Virus record (IMG/VR): IMGVR_UViG_3300033407_000033
Coordinates: 1 to 45,128 of that record
Direction: 5' to 3' (one strand)
DNA length: 45,128 nt
Source: a virus
Taxonomy: Duplodnaviria; Caudoviricetes
Part shown: in pieces, positions 1 through 7,593 of the stretch
Layout of the letters: every line of letters begins with the position of its first letter
How positions within the stretch are numbered: position 1 is the first letter of the stretch
The notes under the pieces: generated by a model
The model's database searches: none
Told to the model about the DNA's origin: nothing
The model's input: the letters and a program-made list of their open reading frames with translations, nothing else
Position numbers and translations under genes: made by a program

Positions 1-224
1 GTCGCCGGTGCATAAATGTTTTTTGATGCGTGCTCAATGGGACCGCTCCGCATTGACTGATATCCGCGTGAAATCGCCGGCGTGTTCAAAGTGGGAGGGA
101 AAAGAATGAGTCATCCAAAAATAAGCGCGGCAATGGAAAAGTTTCGCGACATCTGGGGATGCAGCACGAATGTGTACGAACGCATGCAGAATGTAAGAGA
201 GATGAATATAAAGAAAATTCAACG
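1..224. repeat. Terminal direct repeat, left copy (circularity/assembly overlap)
   Basis: Identical to 44905-45128 except C128 vs G45032. Confidence 0.97.
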
Positions 225-339
225 GGCGCTGGAAGTGGATGATATCGCGCATGAGAACGCTTGCTGGTTCGAGCTGCAGCCGAGTATACGACGTGCACTG
301 GAATCACGTCTGCGCAGACTGGAAAAACAAAAGCAATGA
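106..339 (+). CDS. Hypothetical phage protein
   Basis: GGAGG RBS; ATGA coupling to neighbours; 5' part repeated from 45010. Confidence 0.7.
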   Translation: MSHPKISAAMEKFRDIWGCSTNVYERMQNVREMNIKKIQRALEVDDIAHENACWFELQPSIRRALESRLRRLEKQKQ

Positions 340-539
340 ATGTACTGCGCGAAATGGATCAATTTATCACCGGCATTATGTGTGCCGTGTTGCTGATTCT
401 GTTCATTGCCTTGCTGGTGGTGTCGCTGTTCATGCTCCCGCAATGGTTCAACGAACAATACGACGGATTCATGACCCGATGCCTGAAACAGAAAACCATG
501 CCGGAGTGTAACCAGGAATGGAGGGAACGTGATGCGTAA
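336..539 (+). CDS. Small membrane protein (1 TM)
   Basis: Hydrophobic run FITGIMCAVLLILFIALLVVSLFML; ATGA overlap. Confidence 0.7.
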   Translation: MNVLREMDQFITGIMCAVLLILFIALLVVSLFMLPQWFNEQYDGFMTRCLKQKTMPECNQEWRERDA

Positions 540-843
540 ATGTTGTGTGCTGGCCAATCCGAAAAGCTGCCTGAACAAGGCGGCAATGGATGAACCGCTG
601 TTTGTATTGCGTGCGAATGATCCGGTTGCCGCTGCTGTGGTGGAAATGTGGGCCGGCCTCGCCGCGGAACATCACGAACATGGCAAGGTGGCCGAGGCCT
701 ATGAAGTCGCGAAACAGATGCGGATCTGGAGGCAGGCGCATGTGGAAGGTTATCGCGTGGGTGATGAACATCCGGCCATCCATCTGCAGGAAGAACACCA
801 GCATGGCAATCCGGAAGTGCAACTGGAATTGGTGAAGTCATGA
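529..843 (+). CDS. Conserved hypothetical phage protein
   Basis: SCLNKAAMDEPLFVLRANDPVA motif typical of small phage proteins; coupled ORF. Confidence 0.7.
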   Translation: MMRKCCVLANPKSCLNKAAMDEPLFVLRANDPVAAAVVEMWAGLAAEHHEHGKVAEAYEVAKQMRIWRQAHVEGYRVGDEHPAIHLQEEHQHGNPEVQLELVKS

Positions 844-1100
844 ACCACATGTACTGGTGTTTCAGTATCTCCAGCCTGAATGATGCGCTGGCGGACTACC
901 GCAAGGAACTGGATCAGCAGGACCTGCGCGAGATGGACAAGAACATCATGATCCAGACAGTGAAAGATTTCCTGTGCTCACAGGCCGCGCATGATCAAAA
1001 ACTGGTGATCAATAGCAAGAATGTGAACGATGCACATAAACAGCTGGCGGAATCTGAATTCACAAAAGAAGAAACAATAACAAATGAAACTGGCGAGTAA
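840..1100 (+). CDS. Hypothetical protein
   Basis: ATGA-coupled ORF in operon. Confidence 0.65.
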   Translation: MNHMYWCFSISSLNDALADYRKELDQQDLREMDKNIMIQTVKDFLCSQAAHDQKLVINSKNVNDAHKQLAESEFTKEETITNETGE

Positions 1101-2820
1101 TCTCACGCTGCCGAAAACGGCAGTCACTGAAACCTTCGGTATCCTGGGCCAGCGCGGATCCGGGAAGTCCACCGTGGGTGTGGTAATGGCGGAAGAAATG
1201 TTCAAGGCCAAATTGCCATGGGTGGCGATTGATCCAAAGGGTGACTGGTGGGGGATCCGTTCATCTGCCGATGGTAAAGGCCCCGGGCTACAAGTCCCTG
1301 TATTTGGCGGCCTGCATGGTGATATTCCGCTGGATGCTGCCAGCGGTACATTACTCGCTGATCTGATTGTTGATCACAATCTGACCTGCGTGCTGGACGT
1401 TTCTGATTTTTCATTGAATGAGCGGCACCGGTTCCTGATTGATTTTGGTAATCAGATATACAAACGCCACCGGCAAAACCCGCAACCGCGTCACATGTTC
1501 CTGGAAGAAGCGCATGAATATATTCCGCAGCAGGCCATCAAGGACAAGGCCAGGCTGAAAGAAGTCATGGCCAGAATACCGCTGCAGGGGCGCACATTCG
1601 GACTCGGTTCCACAACCATGAGTCAGCGTTCTGCACGCTTGCATAAAGATGTTTTAACACAGGTGGGTACTTTAATCGTGCTGCGTACACCGGCGCCGCA
1701 GGACCGCAAGGCCATCATGGACTGGGTGGAAGAACATGCCGTGGCCAAAGAATTGATGGCCTCACTGCCCGGGCTGAAGAATGGTGAAGCCTGGGTGTGG
1801 TCCCCGAGTTTCATGAAAATCATGGAGCGTGTACAAATTCGCCGGCGCAATACATTCGATTCCGGCGCCACACCGATTACATCTGCGCAACGCGCCCCGG
1901 CCACGTTGGCCGATGTTGATCTCAAAGCCATCGAAAAACAGATGGCAGCAGTGATTGAGCGTACCAAAACAGATGATCCGAAATTGTTACGCCAGAAAAT
2001 TGCCGAGCTGCAGCGGGAACTGAAAAAGAAGCCTGCCGATATTCCGCAGGCAGAAACCAAAACAGTGGAAGTGCCTGTGCTGAAAGATGCACAGATTGCA
2101 CGGCTGGAAAAACTGTTTGAAAAAATAAGTGCTGAGGCTGAACGGCACGGCAGACTCATGGCGAATTTTTGGGAAAATCAGAAAGAAGCTGCAGATGTGT
2201 TACTGAATGCCATTAAAGCTGTGGCCGGTGTACAGCAGCAACGTAAGGCGCCGGTGATACCGCTACATAAAAAACCGATACAGAAAAAATATGACGGTGA
2301 AAAAAATAATATAAAAACCAGATGGTCTGGGCCTGGTGAATTATCCGGGCGCATTCCCTCGTTGCCGGAAGGTGAAGCAAAAGTATTAACAGTTTGCGGC
2401 CAGTATCCGAACGGCGCCACCCGTGAACAAATTACTATTCTCACCGGATTCAAACGCAGCACCCGCGATGCCTACATCCAGCGTCTGAGAAACAAAGAAC
2501 TGGTCATTGCAGAAACCGGCGCGGATGTGGTTATTACCGATGCCGGCATTGCAACACTCGGGCCTGACTTTAAGCCGTTGCCCACCGGTGCGGAATTGCA
2601 GGATTACTGGATGCAGCGTTTGCCGCACGGTGAAAAAACTATTCTGCAGCTGCTGCTTAATCAATATCCGGAAAGTGTCACCAGGGACCAGATTACTGCA
2701 CTGACCGAGTTTGCACGTTCAACCAGGGATGCCTATATCCAGCGCCTGAAATTGAAGTTACTGGTGACAGTGGATGGACCGAGCCGGGTAAAGGCCAACG
2801 AGGTTTTGATTAATGGTTAA
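1084..2820 (+). CDS. HerA/FtsK-like (DUF87-type) P-loop ATPase with coiled coil and two C-terminal winged-helix repeats
   Basis: Walker A GQRGSGKS, IDPKGD, Walker B FLEEAH, QGRTFGLG/SQR; duplicated TRxQITxLTxFxRSTRDAYIQRL. Confidence 0.85.
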   Translation: MKLASNLTLPKTAVTETFGILGQRGSGKSTVGVVMAEEMFKAKLPWVAIDPKGDWWGIRSSADGKGPGLQVPVFGGLHGDIPLDAASGTLLADLIVDHNLTCVLDVSDFSLNERHRFLIDFGNQIYKRHRQNPQPRHMFLEEAHEYIPQQAIKDKARLKEVMARIPLQGRTFGLGSTTMSQRSARLHKDVLTQVGTLIVLRTPAPQDRKAIMDWVEEHAVAKELMASLPGLKNGEAWVWSPSFMKIMERVQIRRRNTFDSGATPITSAQRAPATLADVDLKAIEKQMAAVIERTKTDDPKLLRQKIAELQRELKKKPADIPQAETKTVEVPVLKDAQIARLEKLFEKISAEAERHGRLMANFWENQKEAADVLLNAIKAVAGVQQQRKAPVIPLHKKPIQKKYDGEKNNIKTRWSGPGELSGRIPSLPEGEAKVLTVCGQYPNGATREQITILTGFKRSTRDAYIQRLRNKELVIAETGADVVITDAGIATLGPDFKPLPTGAELQDYWMQRLPHGEKTILQLLLNQYPESVTRDQITALTEFARSTRDAYIQRLKLKLLVTVDGPSRVKANEVLING

Positions 2821-3205
2821 GCCAGTACGCCTGCAACTCTCCCGGAAGAAAGGATTCAACCTTCAGGCGCATTCGCGCAGCGTGAACGGTCTCGATGCCG
2901 TTAGTGTTGCTCGTGGTTCAATGTGGGGGAATCCGTATCGTGTTGGTCAACGCGAATATATCAGTCAGGCGCAGGCCAGGAGATGGGGTTGGACGCTGCC
3001 ATGCACGCTTTCTCATTGCCATACAAATGCAGAGGCAGTCCGTCGTTTCAGCCGTACATTGCGCCATGTTTACGAACAGGAAACGGATTGCCGCACAAAA
3101 AATCGCATACGCGAAAATCTGAAAGGTAAAAATCTTGCCTGCTGGTGTCCGCTGGACCAGCCCTGCCATGCTGATGTTCTTCTGGAGATTGCAAACTACT
3201 TATGA
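2813..3205 (+). CDS. DUF4326 domain protein
   Basis: VARGSMWGNPY and LKGKNLACWCPLDQPCHADVLLEIAN motifs. Confidence 0.85.
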   Translation: MVKPVRLQLSRKKGFNLQAHSRSVNGLDAVSVARGSMWGNPYRVGQREYISQAQARRWGWTLPCTLSHCHTNAEAVRRFSRTLRHVYEQETDCRTKNRIRENLKGKNLACWCPLDQPCHADVLLEIANYL

Positions 3206-4200
3206 ACAAGACCCGCATTGCCTGGACAGACATGACCTGGAACCCGGTAACCGGGTGCACGAAGGTGAGCGCAGGTTGCAAGAATTGTTATGCCGAAAAA
3301 GTATTTCCGCGGCCATATCCTGGGCGCAAGTTCACGGATGTGCAGTGTCACCCGGATCGGCTAGAACAGCCACTCCGGATCCGGAAGCCGAAAAAGATAT
3401 TCGTGAATTCCATGAGTGATCTGTTTCATGAAGATGTAATTGATTTTATTCCTGATGTATTCGCAATCATGGCGCTCGCACATTGGCATACCTTTCAGGT
3501 TTTGACAAAACGTCCTGAACGCATGTTGGAAATCATTAATGATGATGTATTCAGGGATACGGTGGATGCGTGCATCAGTATGTATCTTGAAAATCCAGAT
3601 CGTCCACCAAGTCTGCAATGGGATTCTTCTGCCAGGCGTACGGATGATGCGCGTGCAACCGCGCCTGATGTCACTGATGATAAATATTGGCCATTACCAA
3701 ATGTATGGCTTGGCATTTCTGCAGAAAATCAGGAAACATTTATGCAGCGAATGAAAATATTCAAGGACGTGCCGGCAGCGGTGAAGTTCCTGAGCGCGGA
3801 ACCGTTACTGGGTGAAATTGAAATGTATAAAAGCGGGACCACAACCACGCCGGCGCATGATTACCTGGTATATGTTGACTGGGTTGTAACCGGTGGTGAG
3901 TCCGGCGCGTTCAGCAAGGTCAGGCCGTGTGCGCTGGAATGGATAGAGTCAATTATCAAGCAGTGCGATAACTACAGGATTCCCTGTTTTGTAAAACAAC
4001 TGGGATACAAGGTGGTGAGCGAATATCGCACTGCGCCGGCAGACATGATGAGTAAACCAGAAAAATTAAAACCGGAAGATTATGCACCGAATGGAGAAGT
4101 GTGGGCATGGGTTGCCGGGCTGCAGGACCGTAAGGGAGCGGATCCTGCTGAGTGGCCAAAAGAATATCGAATACAACAATTCCCGGGAGAGACATTATGA
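3202..4200 (+). CDS. Phage Gp37/Gp68 family (DUF5131) protein, three-Cys motif
   Basis: WNPVTGCTKVSAGCKNCYA, FVNSMSDLFHE, FQVLTKRPER, SAEPLLG, WVVTGGESG. Confidence 0.9.
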   Translation: MNKTRIAWTDMTWNPVTGCTKVSAGCKNCYAEKVFPRPYPGRKFTDVQCHPDRLEQPLRIRKPKKIFVNSMSDLFHEDVIDFIPDVFAIMALAHWHTFQVLTKRPERMLEIINDDVFRDTVDACISMYLENPDRPPSLQWDSSARRTDDARATAPDVTDDKYWPLPNVWLGISAENQETFMQRMKIFKDVPAAVKFLSAEPLLGEIEMYKSGTTTTPAHDYLVYVDWVVTGGESGAFSKVRPCALEWIESIIKQCDNYRIPCFVKQLGYKVVSEYRTAPADMMSKPEKLKPEDYAPNGEVWAWVAGLQDRKGADPAEWPKEYRIQQFPGETL

Positions 4201-4493
4201 CTTTAGAGGCAAGAAAAGATTTCAACAGCGGGGTGGAGCAGTTGGGAGCTCGCCAGACTCATAACCTGGAGGTCGCTGGTTCAAGCCCAGCCCCCGCTAC
4301 CAATTTTTTGAGCATTAACCTGACCATTGATCACCGCGGCAATAACTACGTGGTGGATTGGGTGATTACAGACAGTGCCGATCGTGTCGTAGACCGCGGA
4401 CAAGGACAGGATTTTGCCCGGTATGAGGCAATAGATAACGCCATCATGATGGCTGAGGCACGCGTCTGTAAATTGCTGGTGGTGAAAAAATGA
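4197..4493 (+). CDS. Hypothetical protein overlapping the tRNA (true start may be downstream of tRNA)
   Basis: GGAGAG RBS; ATGA overlaps at both ends; frame open through tRNA. Confidence 0.4.
   Translation: MTLEARKDFNSGVEQLGARQTHNLEVAGSSPAPATNFLSINLTIDHRGNNYVVDWVITDSADRVVDRGQGQDFARYEAIDNAIMMAEARVCKLLVVKK
4227..4302 (+). tRNA. tRNA-Met(CAT), initiator(fMet)-like with atypical anticodon stem
   Basis: Cloverleaf: acceptor AGCGGGG/CCCCGCT, D stem GAGC/GCTC, anticodon CCAGA-CTCATAA-CCTGG, T arm GCTGG-TTCAAGC-CCAGC, encoded ACCA. Confidence 0.9.
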
Positions 4494-4852
4494 ATAGTTT
4501 TTATGGCATCTGCTCCGGACACGGCAGCACGGATAAACCACTGACCTGGATGCCGGAGCTGCATCACATTCATCGTGTATTCCGGCCCAGGCCGGTGGAA
4601 AAAAAAGAACCGGTCTATCCTGCGCCGCCAGTTCCTGATACCCCTGCCCCGGAGATTGATCTTTCCGGTCTTTGCACTGGCGAAATATTTATTTATAACT
4701 GGCTGGATGAACCACGCACCCGCGATGGTTTGATTGAAGTCACCGGCAGAAACAAGATGTTTGTAAACAATATGCTGTTCCGCCTGCATAGAAAAAACCT
4801 GATCGAAACCTTTTGCAAAAACAGCAAACGCCACTGGAGGCGTGTGGCGTGA
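4490..4852 (+). CDS. Hypothetical protein, probable C-terminal winged helix
   Basis: Pro-rich linker, then GEIFIYNWLDEPRTRDGLIEVTG...LFRLHRKNLI. Confidence 0.6.
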   Translation: MNSFYGICSGHGSTDKPLTWMPELHHIHRVFRPRPVEKKEPVYPAPPVPDTPAPEIDLSGLCTGEIFIYNWLDEPRTRDGLIEVTGRNKMFVNNMLFRLHRKNLIETFCKNSKRHWRRVA

Positions 4853-5574
4853 TGCGGAAAAAATACCAGCGTCGGCCATGGCAGGAACACGAACTGCGCA
4901 AGCTGAAAGCATTCTATGCGAATGTGCCAACGGCTGATCTGGCGCAGGTATTGAAGCATGCGAAAAGTTCGGTTTACAACAAAGCTCGATCATTGGGCTT
5001 GCGCAAATCTCCTGAATTAATCGCGGCCATGGGCAGCAAATATTCACAACACCCGAAAGCAGTGGCGCAGCGATATAAAAAAGGCAATGTACCGCCAAAT
5101 AAGGGAATTAAAGGATGGCAGGCCGGTGGACGGTCACACGAGACTCGATTTAAAAAAGGCCACATGCCACAGACATGGAAGCCGGTTGGATCCGAGCGTA
5201 TGCCGCATATTTCAAAAGGAGATGACACGATTTATGTGAAGATATCGGACAAACGCAATGTGTCGGCATATAAAAACTGGAAGTCAAAACATCAATTAAT
5301 TTATGAACAGCATCATGGCCCGGTACCGAAAGGGCATTTTGTCCGGTTCAAGGATGGTAATAATCGTAATTTCGATATCAACAATCTCATTCTGGTGAGC
5401 CGCTCACAGAACATGAGAATGAATTCAATGTATCGCTATCCCAAAGAGGTGCAAAACCTGATCAAGCTACGCGGTGCACTGAACAGAAAAATTAATGAAC
5501 GTGGAGGTAAAATCGATGGCAGAAAACTCCGAAAACAAAAACGATATAGTGGAACTGCGCAAGCATCTGTTTGA
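4852..5574 (+). CDS. HNH endonuclease-signature protein (HNH_3 type)
   Basis: FKKGHMP repeats; KHQLIYEQHHGPVPKGHFVRFKDGNNRNFDINNLILVSRSQNMRMN. Confidence 0.8.
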   Translation: MRKKYQRRPWQEHELRKLKAFYANVPTADLAQVLKHAKSSVYNKARSLGLRKSPELIAAMGSKYSQHPKAVAQRYKKGNVPPNKGIKGWQAGGRSHETRFKKGHMPQTWKPVGSERMPHISKGDDTIYVKISDKRNVSAYKNWKSKHQLIYEQHHGPVPKGHFVRFKDGNNRNFDINNLILVSRSQNMRMNSMYRYPKEVQNLIKLRGALNRKINERGGKIDGRKLRKQKRYSGTAQASV

Positions 5575-5779
5575 CACGATGCGCGATTTGCGCAGCAAGG
5601 AAAGTCCGATGGATATGGAACGCGCCCGGACGGTTTCAAGCACCGCGCAGACCATCATTAATTCGATCAAGGTGGAAAATGATTTCATGAAAATTACCGG
5701 CGCGATGGATGGCAGCGGCGTGATTCCGGGCAACAAGCAATTGCCGGCACCAAAGAGCGGCCAGAAACAAATTACATGA
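5516..5779 (+). CDS. Hypothetical phage protein
   Basis: GGAGG RBS; ELRKHLFDTMRDL...MDMERARTV. Confidence 0.7.
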   Translation: MAENSENKNDIVELRKHLFDTMRDLRSKESPMDMERARTVSSTAQTIINSIKVENDFMKITGAMDGSGVIPGNKQLPAPKSGQKQIT

Positions 5780-5976
5780 GCACAAGAATTATTACACCTA
5801 CACCGGAAGGAAAGCGCTGGCAGAAACTATTCAAGGGAAAATGGATAGATGCCGATCATGGTCCGGTGGCGTGTTCCAGGACAGAGATATCCAGCAACAT
5901 GGAATCAGCACAGCACTATCCTTATATCGGTGCTGGTAGTGGCCAATGCCCATTATGGCGGCTGGTGGATGCATGA
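5776..5976 (+). CDS. Hypothetical protein
   Basis: ATGA-coupled at both ends. Confidence 0.55.
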   Translation: MSTRIITPTPEGKRWQKLFKGKWIDADHGPVACSRTEISSNMESAQHYPYIGAGSGQCPLWRLVDA

Positions 5977-6353
5977 AAGCGTTATCCATACGCCAGCCCT
6001 GGGCCTGGGCAATTATTCATGCCGGGAAAGACATTGAAAACAGGACATGGAAAACAAACTATCGCGGCCCGTTGCTGATTCATGCCAGTAAAAACTATGA
6101 CAGGCTGGGGGATATCCATCTGCGTTATAACATGGGTATTGATTTTTCACGGTTCAGTAAAAGTTGTTTCCGTGGCGGCATCATCGGCATGGTGGATCTG
6201 GTGGATTGCGTCGAACATTCGGACTCACCCTGGAAGGATCCATTGGGCTGTGGTTTTGTGTTAAAGAATCCGCGGCCACTGGTTTTTGCACCCATGCCAG
6301 GAAGGCAAGGATTATTCGAGGTACGTGAAGCCTTGAGGTTGGAACATGATTAA
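5973..6353 (+). CDS. ASCH domain protein
   Basis: MKALSIRQPWAWAIIHAGKDIENRTWKTNYRGPLLIHAS. Confidence 0.9.
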   Translation: MKALSIRQPWAWAIIHAGKDIENRTWKTNYRGPLLIHASKNYDRLGDIHLRYNMGIDFSRFSKSCFRGGIIGMVDLVDCVEHSDSPWKDPLGCGFVLKNPRPLVFAPMPGRQGLFEVREALRLEHD

Positions 6354-6927
6354 TAAAAATGATTTAAAAAAAATTATTACCCTGTTAGGCGAACAGGCAA
6401 AAGAAGATATTCATTGGGCAGAAAATATTAAGCCGCCAAAAAATGCCAAAGAGTTCGCATACGAGATTATATATGTGATCTGTAATTCAGGTATGAAAAA
6501 CACAATAGCAACCAAGATATATCAGAAAGTAACAGCAGCATTGGTAAGAGGAGAATCGGCTACGACCGTGTTTAAACATAAGGGAAAATCTGAGGCTATT
6601 GATGGAATATGGGAAAACAGAAATGAATTATTCAGAGACTTCAGGAGCAAGAAAACAACCGAAGATCAGATGATTTTTATAGGCACAAAACTCCCGTGGA
6701 TAGGGAAAATTACTCAATACCATGTCGCTAAGAATTTCGGAGTGGACGTGGCCAAGCCGGATGTTCATTTACAACGGCTGGCCGACATAGAAAAAACAAC
6801 GCCACAGAAGCTATGTGAAAGGCTGACCGAGGCGACTGGTTACCGTGTGGCAACAGTTGATACCATCCTATGGCGTGCCTGCGCCAATGGAATATTGAAC
6901 TCCAGGACTGGTGAGATTAATGCTTGA
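6346..6927 (+). CDS. HhH-GPD DNA glycosylase-like protein
   Basis: Helix-hairpin-helix LPWIGKITQYHVAKNFG followed by AKPDVHLQRLA (catalytic Asp position) and VDTILWRAC. Confidence 0.65.
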   Translation: MINKNDLKKIITLLGEQAKEDIHWAENIKPPKNAKEFAYEIIYVICNSGMKNTIATKIYQKVTAALVRGESATTVFKHKGKSEAIDGIWENRNELFRDFRSKKTTEDQMIFIGTKLPWIGKITQYHVAKNFGVDVAKPDVHLQRLADIEKTTPQKLCERLTEATGYRVATVDTILWRACANGILNSRTGEINA

Positions 6928-7207
6928 GCACGAACGTATCACAATAGAACCATGCGGATGTCACACGGACCAGAGAACCGGCATTTCCACAGTTTTATGC
7001 GCTGAACATACCTGTGATAAATGCGGTGGTGAAAAAGATTACCGGGTGGATTGCTGGAATTGTGGTGGCGAAGGGACTGATGGCCATGATTGTGGTGAGG
7101 ATTGCTGCTGCTGTTTACATCCGGAAGATAACGTGCGCTGTGATATCTGTGATGGTAAAGGCGGCTGGTTGGTATGTTTGACGTGTTACGAGGGGGATAT
7201 TGATTAA
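6920..7207 (+). CDS. Cys-rich zinc-finger protein (DnaJ-like CxxCxGxG repeats)
   Basis: CDKCGGEK, CWNCGGEG, CDICDGKG plus CCCC run. Confidence 0.7.
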   Translation: MLEHERITIEPCGCHTDQRTGISTVLCAEHTCDKCGGEKDYRVDCWNCGGEGTDGHDCGEDCCCCLHPEDNVRCDICDGKGGWLVCLTCYEGDID

Positions 7208-7455
7208 TGAATCCGATTGAATTTCCGGAACAGACAAAAGTATTGAATAAGCCTGACAGCATGACAGATGCAGAATGTTCATCGATGGCAGTACATTGCG
7301 ATGGTAAAACCTGTATCAGCTGCTGGAAAGGTGGGTTGTGGGACCGGGTGAAGTTTTTATTTACCGGAAAGATGTGGTTATACGTGCTGAGCGGACAGAC
7401 ACAACCGCCGGTGTGTATTACGCCGCATTATCCGTTTGTGAAGAACAAGGAATAA
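7207..7455 (+). CDS. Hypothetical phage protein
   Basis: GAGGGG RBS, TAATG coupling; ISCWK...GKMWLYVLSGQTQPPV. Confidence 0.7.
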   Translation: MNPIEFPEQTKVLNKPDSMTDAECSSMAVHCDGKTCISCWKGGLWDRVKFLFTGKMWLYVLSGQTQPPVCITPHYPFVKNKE

Positions 7456-7460
7456 ATTAA

Positions 7461-7494
7461 TTACTGGATACTGGCGTGCGCCAGTATGACGATT
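7461..7494 (+). repeat. REP-like palindrome (CGTC/GACG-tagged), copy 1
   Basis: 33/34 identical to 32768-32801; stem ATACTGGC/GCCAGTAT ending ATGACG. Confidence 0.8.
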
Positions 7495-7504
7495 TTTTTA
7501 ACCC

Positions 7505-7553
7505 GCCGCTCCTGCGCATCCGTGCGCCCGCGGCATACATTACATCCTGTAAA
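7505..7553 (-). repeat. GGA-hairpin repeat element, copy 1
   Basis: 33/35 identical to 20052-20086; related inverted copy at 32713-32760. Confidence 0.8.
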
Positions 7554-7593
7554 TAAGGTGACCGAGCCGCGAACATGACATAAATGATATTAC

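Noticed and set aside
1-224. Biological direct terminal repeat
   Set aside because: It begins and ends inside early genes, far from terS, and has one mismatch; an assembly overlap of a circular or permuted genome is more likely
4227-4302. Phage tRNA as the attachment site
   Set aside because: It is complete, far from any recombinase, and its 3' end differs from the attP core at 13894-13909
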